DNA of 63,207 nucleotides, filler included, from Globobulimina sp. (Eukaryota): NCBI GenBank assembly GCA_003354225.1. It is 23 parts of 23 records of this genome, joined end to end, with 100 filler letters (N's around TTAATTAATTAA, not from the genome) between each part and the next. Parts side by side here need not be neighbours in the genome. Positions count along the whole stretch, not along the records: positions 60,558 to 63,207 come from PIVH01005530.1; 22 more parts are not named here. One strand, 5' to 3'. Shown piece by piece: positions 61,142 to 63,207 of this stretch (position 1 is its first letter; each line of letters starts with the position of its first letter). The notes under the pieces were generated by a model. It saw only the letters and a program-made list of their open reading frames with translations, ran no database searches and was not told where the DNA came from. The position numbers and the translations under genes were made by a program.

Positions 61142-62473
61142 ATGCAACGGTTAAAGGCGTCGATTATGTGCGAACACATCGAATTAGTGAAACAATTAGA
61201 AATAAATTATAAAAATCATATCAATGGATTGCTGCATCAAAAAGCTATCATATTGTGTCAATTACAAAAGATGTTTTATGATAAATTAATTCAACTTGAC
61301 GCTAAAACTATAATTCTGAACAATATTGCATCAAAAACCAGTTATAAATCATATCATAGTAATACGCGAATTGGAGCAAATATCGAATCTGATGCAGATT
61401 CACAGGAATCAGAGTTATCGAACCAACCAGACATAGTCAATGAAACCGATGAAACATATGATGATTCAAAGTCAAATCAAACAGTATCCGACACTGACAC
61501 TGCAATTGCAATGAATAAACATATGGACGGATCCAGTCAATCAACAATGGCTTTAGATACAAACCCAGGCACTTCCACGCCCACACAAACCACCTCCGTA
61601 CCAGCACCAGCTAATAATAGCAACAATGATTCACATTCGTCCCTCTCAATGTTAAATTCGCAGTTCATTAATCAGATTGCAACATGTACAGTGGAATCAA
61701 ATCAATCTCAATCTCGACCAGTATGTCAAAGTGATGCGGCCGATGTGTCTCCATTACCGGTTCCTCGTTCACTTTTAAATACTGCGAATGTGATAGAATC
61801 GAAACATGCAAGCAATGTAACCATGAATCAAAATAAAAATAAAAATGATGAGAACAGCAATCAAAATGATAAAAATAAAAATGAAAAAGATAACAATGTT
61901 AAGGTGGATGCTTACGAATGTCTTAAATGTGAATATAAGACCAAATATACTCTAAATATTCGTCGCCATATACAACAGCACGAGTTACAGGAAGAAAAAA
62001 AAGAAAATAAGAAGAGAAACACCTTAAAATCTAAGAAACATTTTAAAGAAAGAAAAATGAGGAATGTAGGTAGGCGTACAAAAAAAGTGGATATTAAAGC
62101 AAAATTGCGAAAGTTATATGAAACGAATCAATTTAACAACGAACACGAATCAGTGCAACATCATAAATATAAACATAAACATCATAAACAAACATTGGTT
62201 AATCTTAAACCGTATGTCTGTCCATTTGGAGATTGTAAGAAAAGATTTAAATTAAAAGCTGGCTTGAAAGGACATATAAAAAATATTCATACAACGGAGG
62301 ATGAGAAAGAATTTCAATGTGAGGAATGTGGCAAAAAGTTTGGGCAAAAAGGTGTATTGGTTATTCATCAAAAAAACATTCATCTGTCTGAGAAGAAATG
62401 GAAATGTCACATTTGTAAGAAACGATTTCGGTTAAAGTCAGAATGGAAAAGACATTGTAAAGCGCACATATAA
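61142..62473 (+). CDS. C2H2 zinc finger transcription factor-like protein
   Basis: Four C2H2 fingers (YECLKC..H..QH; YVCPFGDCKKRF..H..IH; FQCEECGKKF; WKCHICKKRF). Confidence 0.88.
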   Translation: MQRLKASIMCEHIELVKQLEINYKNHINGLLHQKAIILCQLQKMFYDKLIQLDAKTIILNNIASKTSYKSYHSNTRIGANIESDADSQESELSNQPDIVNETDETYDDSKSNQTVSDTDTAIAMNKHMDGSSQSTMALDTNPGTSTPTQTTSVPAPANNSNNDSHSSLSMLNSQFINQIATCTVESNQSQSRPVCQSDAADVSPLPVPRSLLNTANVIESKHASNVTMNQNKNKNDENSNQNDKNKNEKDNNVKVDAYECLKCEYKTKYTLNIRRHIQQHELQEEKKENKKRNTLKSKKHFKERKMRNVGRRTKKVDIKAKLRKLYETNQFNNEHESVQHHKYKHKHHKQTLVNLKPYVCPFGDCKKRFKLKAGLKGHIKNIHTTEDEKEFQCEECGKKFGQKGVLVIHQKNIHLSEKKWKCHICKKRFRLKSEWKRHCKAHI

Positions 62474-62672
62474 CATTCACACTGTCACCATATTAATCAA
62501 TGAAGTATCCATTATAATTCCTTCATTTATGTCCTATATTATATACTATAGTTATATTTTATAATGTAAACTAGTTATATTTCGAATACAATATAGATAA
62601 TCCATCCATTTTATTCGTCATCAAAAAACTGTACATTACAGTTTTACTCAAACTTGCTTTTTACTGCAAAAC

Positions 62673-63207
62673 ATGTCACCGATGTGCAATGTTATCATAT
62701 TGATTGTATTATGTCTAAATACGCACCTATGCTTTTCCTCATCATCACCAGACTTATGGAATAGTTTAATATTACACTCTAACAATAGCCTGCATTCGTC
62801 ATCAACTTGGAATTGCAGTGATAAATGCAGTCCCGGCAATGCCAACAAAGACACGCAATGTAATTACATCAAAACATGCTGTAACGACACATTGGGTGAT
62901 GGTGCTCTCGTAAATTACCTAACTATGCAATATTGTTTTTTCAATACAGTCCAGCCATTAGGCGTTGCTGTCTTAGCTATATTTGTATTTTATGCATTTC
63001 TTATGCTGGGCAACGTGGCCGATGACTATTTTGCTCCGACAATGGCAGAATTAGCAGATTTCCTCGGTGTCTCACATGAATTGGCTGGCGTCACATTTGT
63101 AGCACTTGGCAACGGAGCACCAGATATTAGCAGCAGTGTGGCAGCAATAACACAGGGCGGCGATACCACTAAACTGGGCTTAGGCGCCTTACTCGGTGCC
63201 GCTGTAT
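62673..63207 (+). CDS. Cation/Ca2+ exchanger (NCLX/CCX-like), 3' partial; not in the ORF track
   Basis: ATG at 62673, signal peptide and Cys-rich segment, then LGNVADDYFAP...LAGVTFVALGNGAPDISSS (alpha-1 repeat). Confidence 0.9.
   Translation, partial: MSPMCNVIILIVLCLNTHLCFSSSSPDLWNSLILHSNNSLHSSSTWNCSDKCSPGNANKDTQCNYIKTCCNDTLGDGALVNYLTMQYCFFNTVQPLGVAVLAIFVFYAFLMLGNVADDYFAPTMAELADFLGVSHELAGVTFVALGNGAPDISSSVAAITQGGDTTKLGLGALLGAAV

Overview
This window is not one chromosome. It is 23 unrelated contigs of 2650-2655 bp in decreasing size order, joined by an artificial 100-nt spacer (44 N + TTAATTAATTAA + 44 N), so gene neighbourhoods only mean something within a contig. Most contigs are AT-rich, gene-dense eukaryotic DNA with short GT-AG introns, probably from a protist. 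The Kelch, ADP-ribosyltransferase-like and beta-trefoil families suggest a foraminiferan/rhizarian, but that is inference. Recognisable genes include a fused beta-alpha nitrile hydratase, phospholipase C/phosphoesterase, GET2/CAML, an SDR with a PTS1, sialate O-acetylesterase, a sulfotransferase, a CAMK kinase, WWE-PARP, an amino-acid transporter, a protein with at least six NDK domains, an ER DnaJ, an acid ceramidase-like protein, U2AF35, a 2OG-Fe oxygenase and an NCLX-like exchanger. The outlier is contig 11018-13671, a Polinton/Maverick-type virus-like element fragment. It has a double-jelly-roll major capsid gene, a divergent A32-like packaging ATPase fused to two C2H2 zinc fingers and split by two short introns with nematode-like acceptors, and between them eight helically phased 20-bp palindromes followed by a 62-bp A/T-tract tandem repeat. 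Contig 19280-21932 is a eukaryote/bacterium (DUF1287) chimera. All family calls come from reading motifs by eye; no database search was run.
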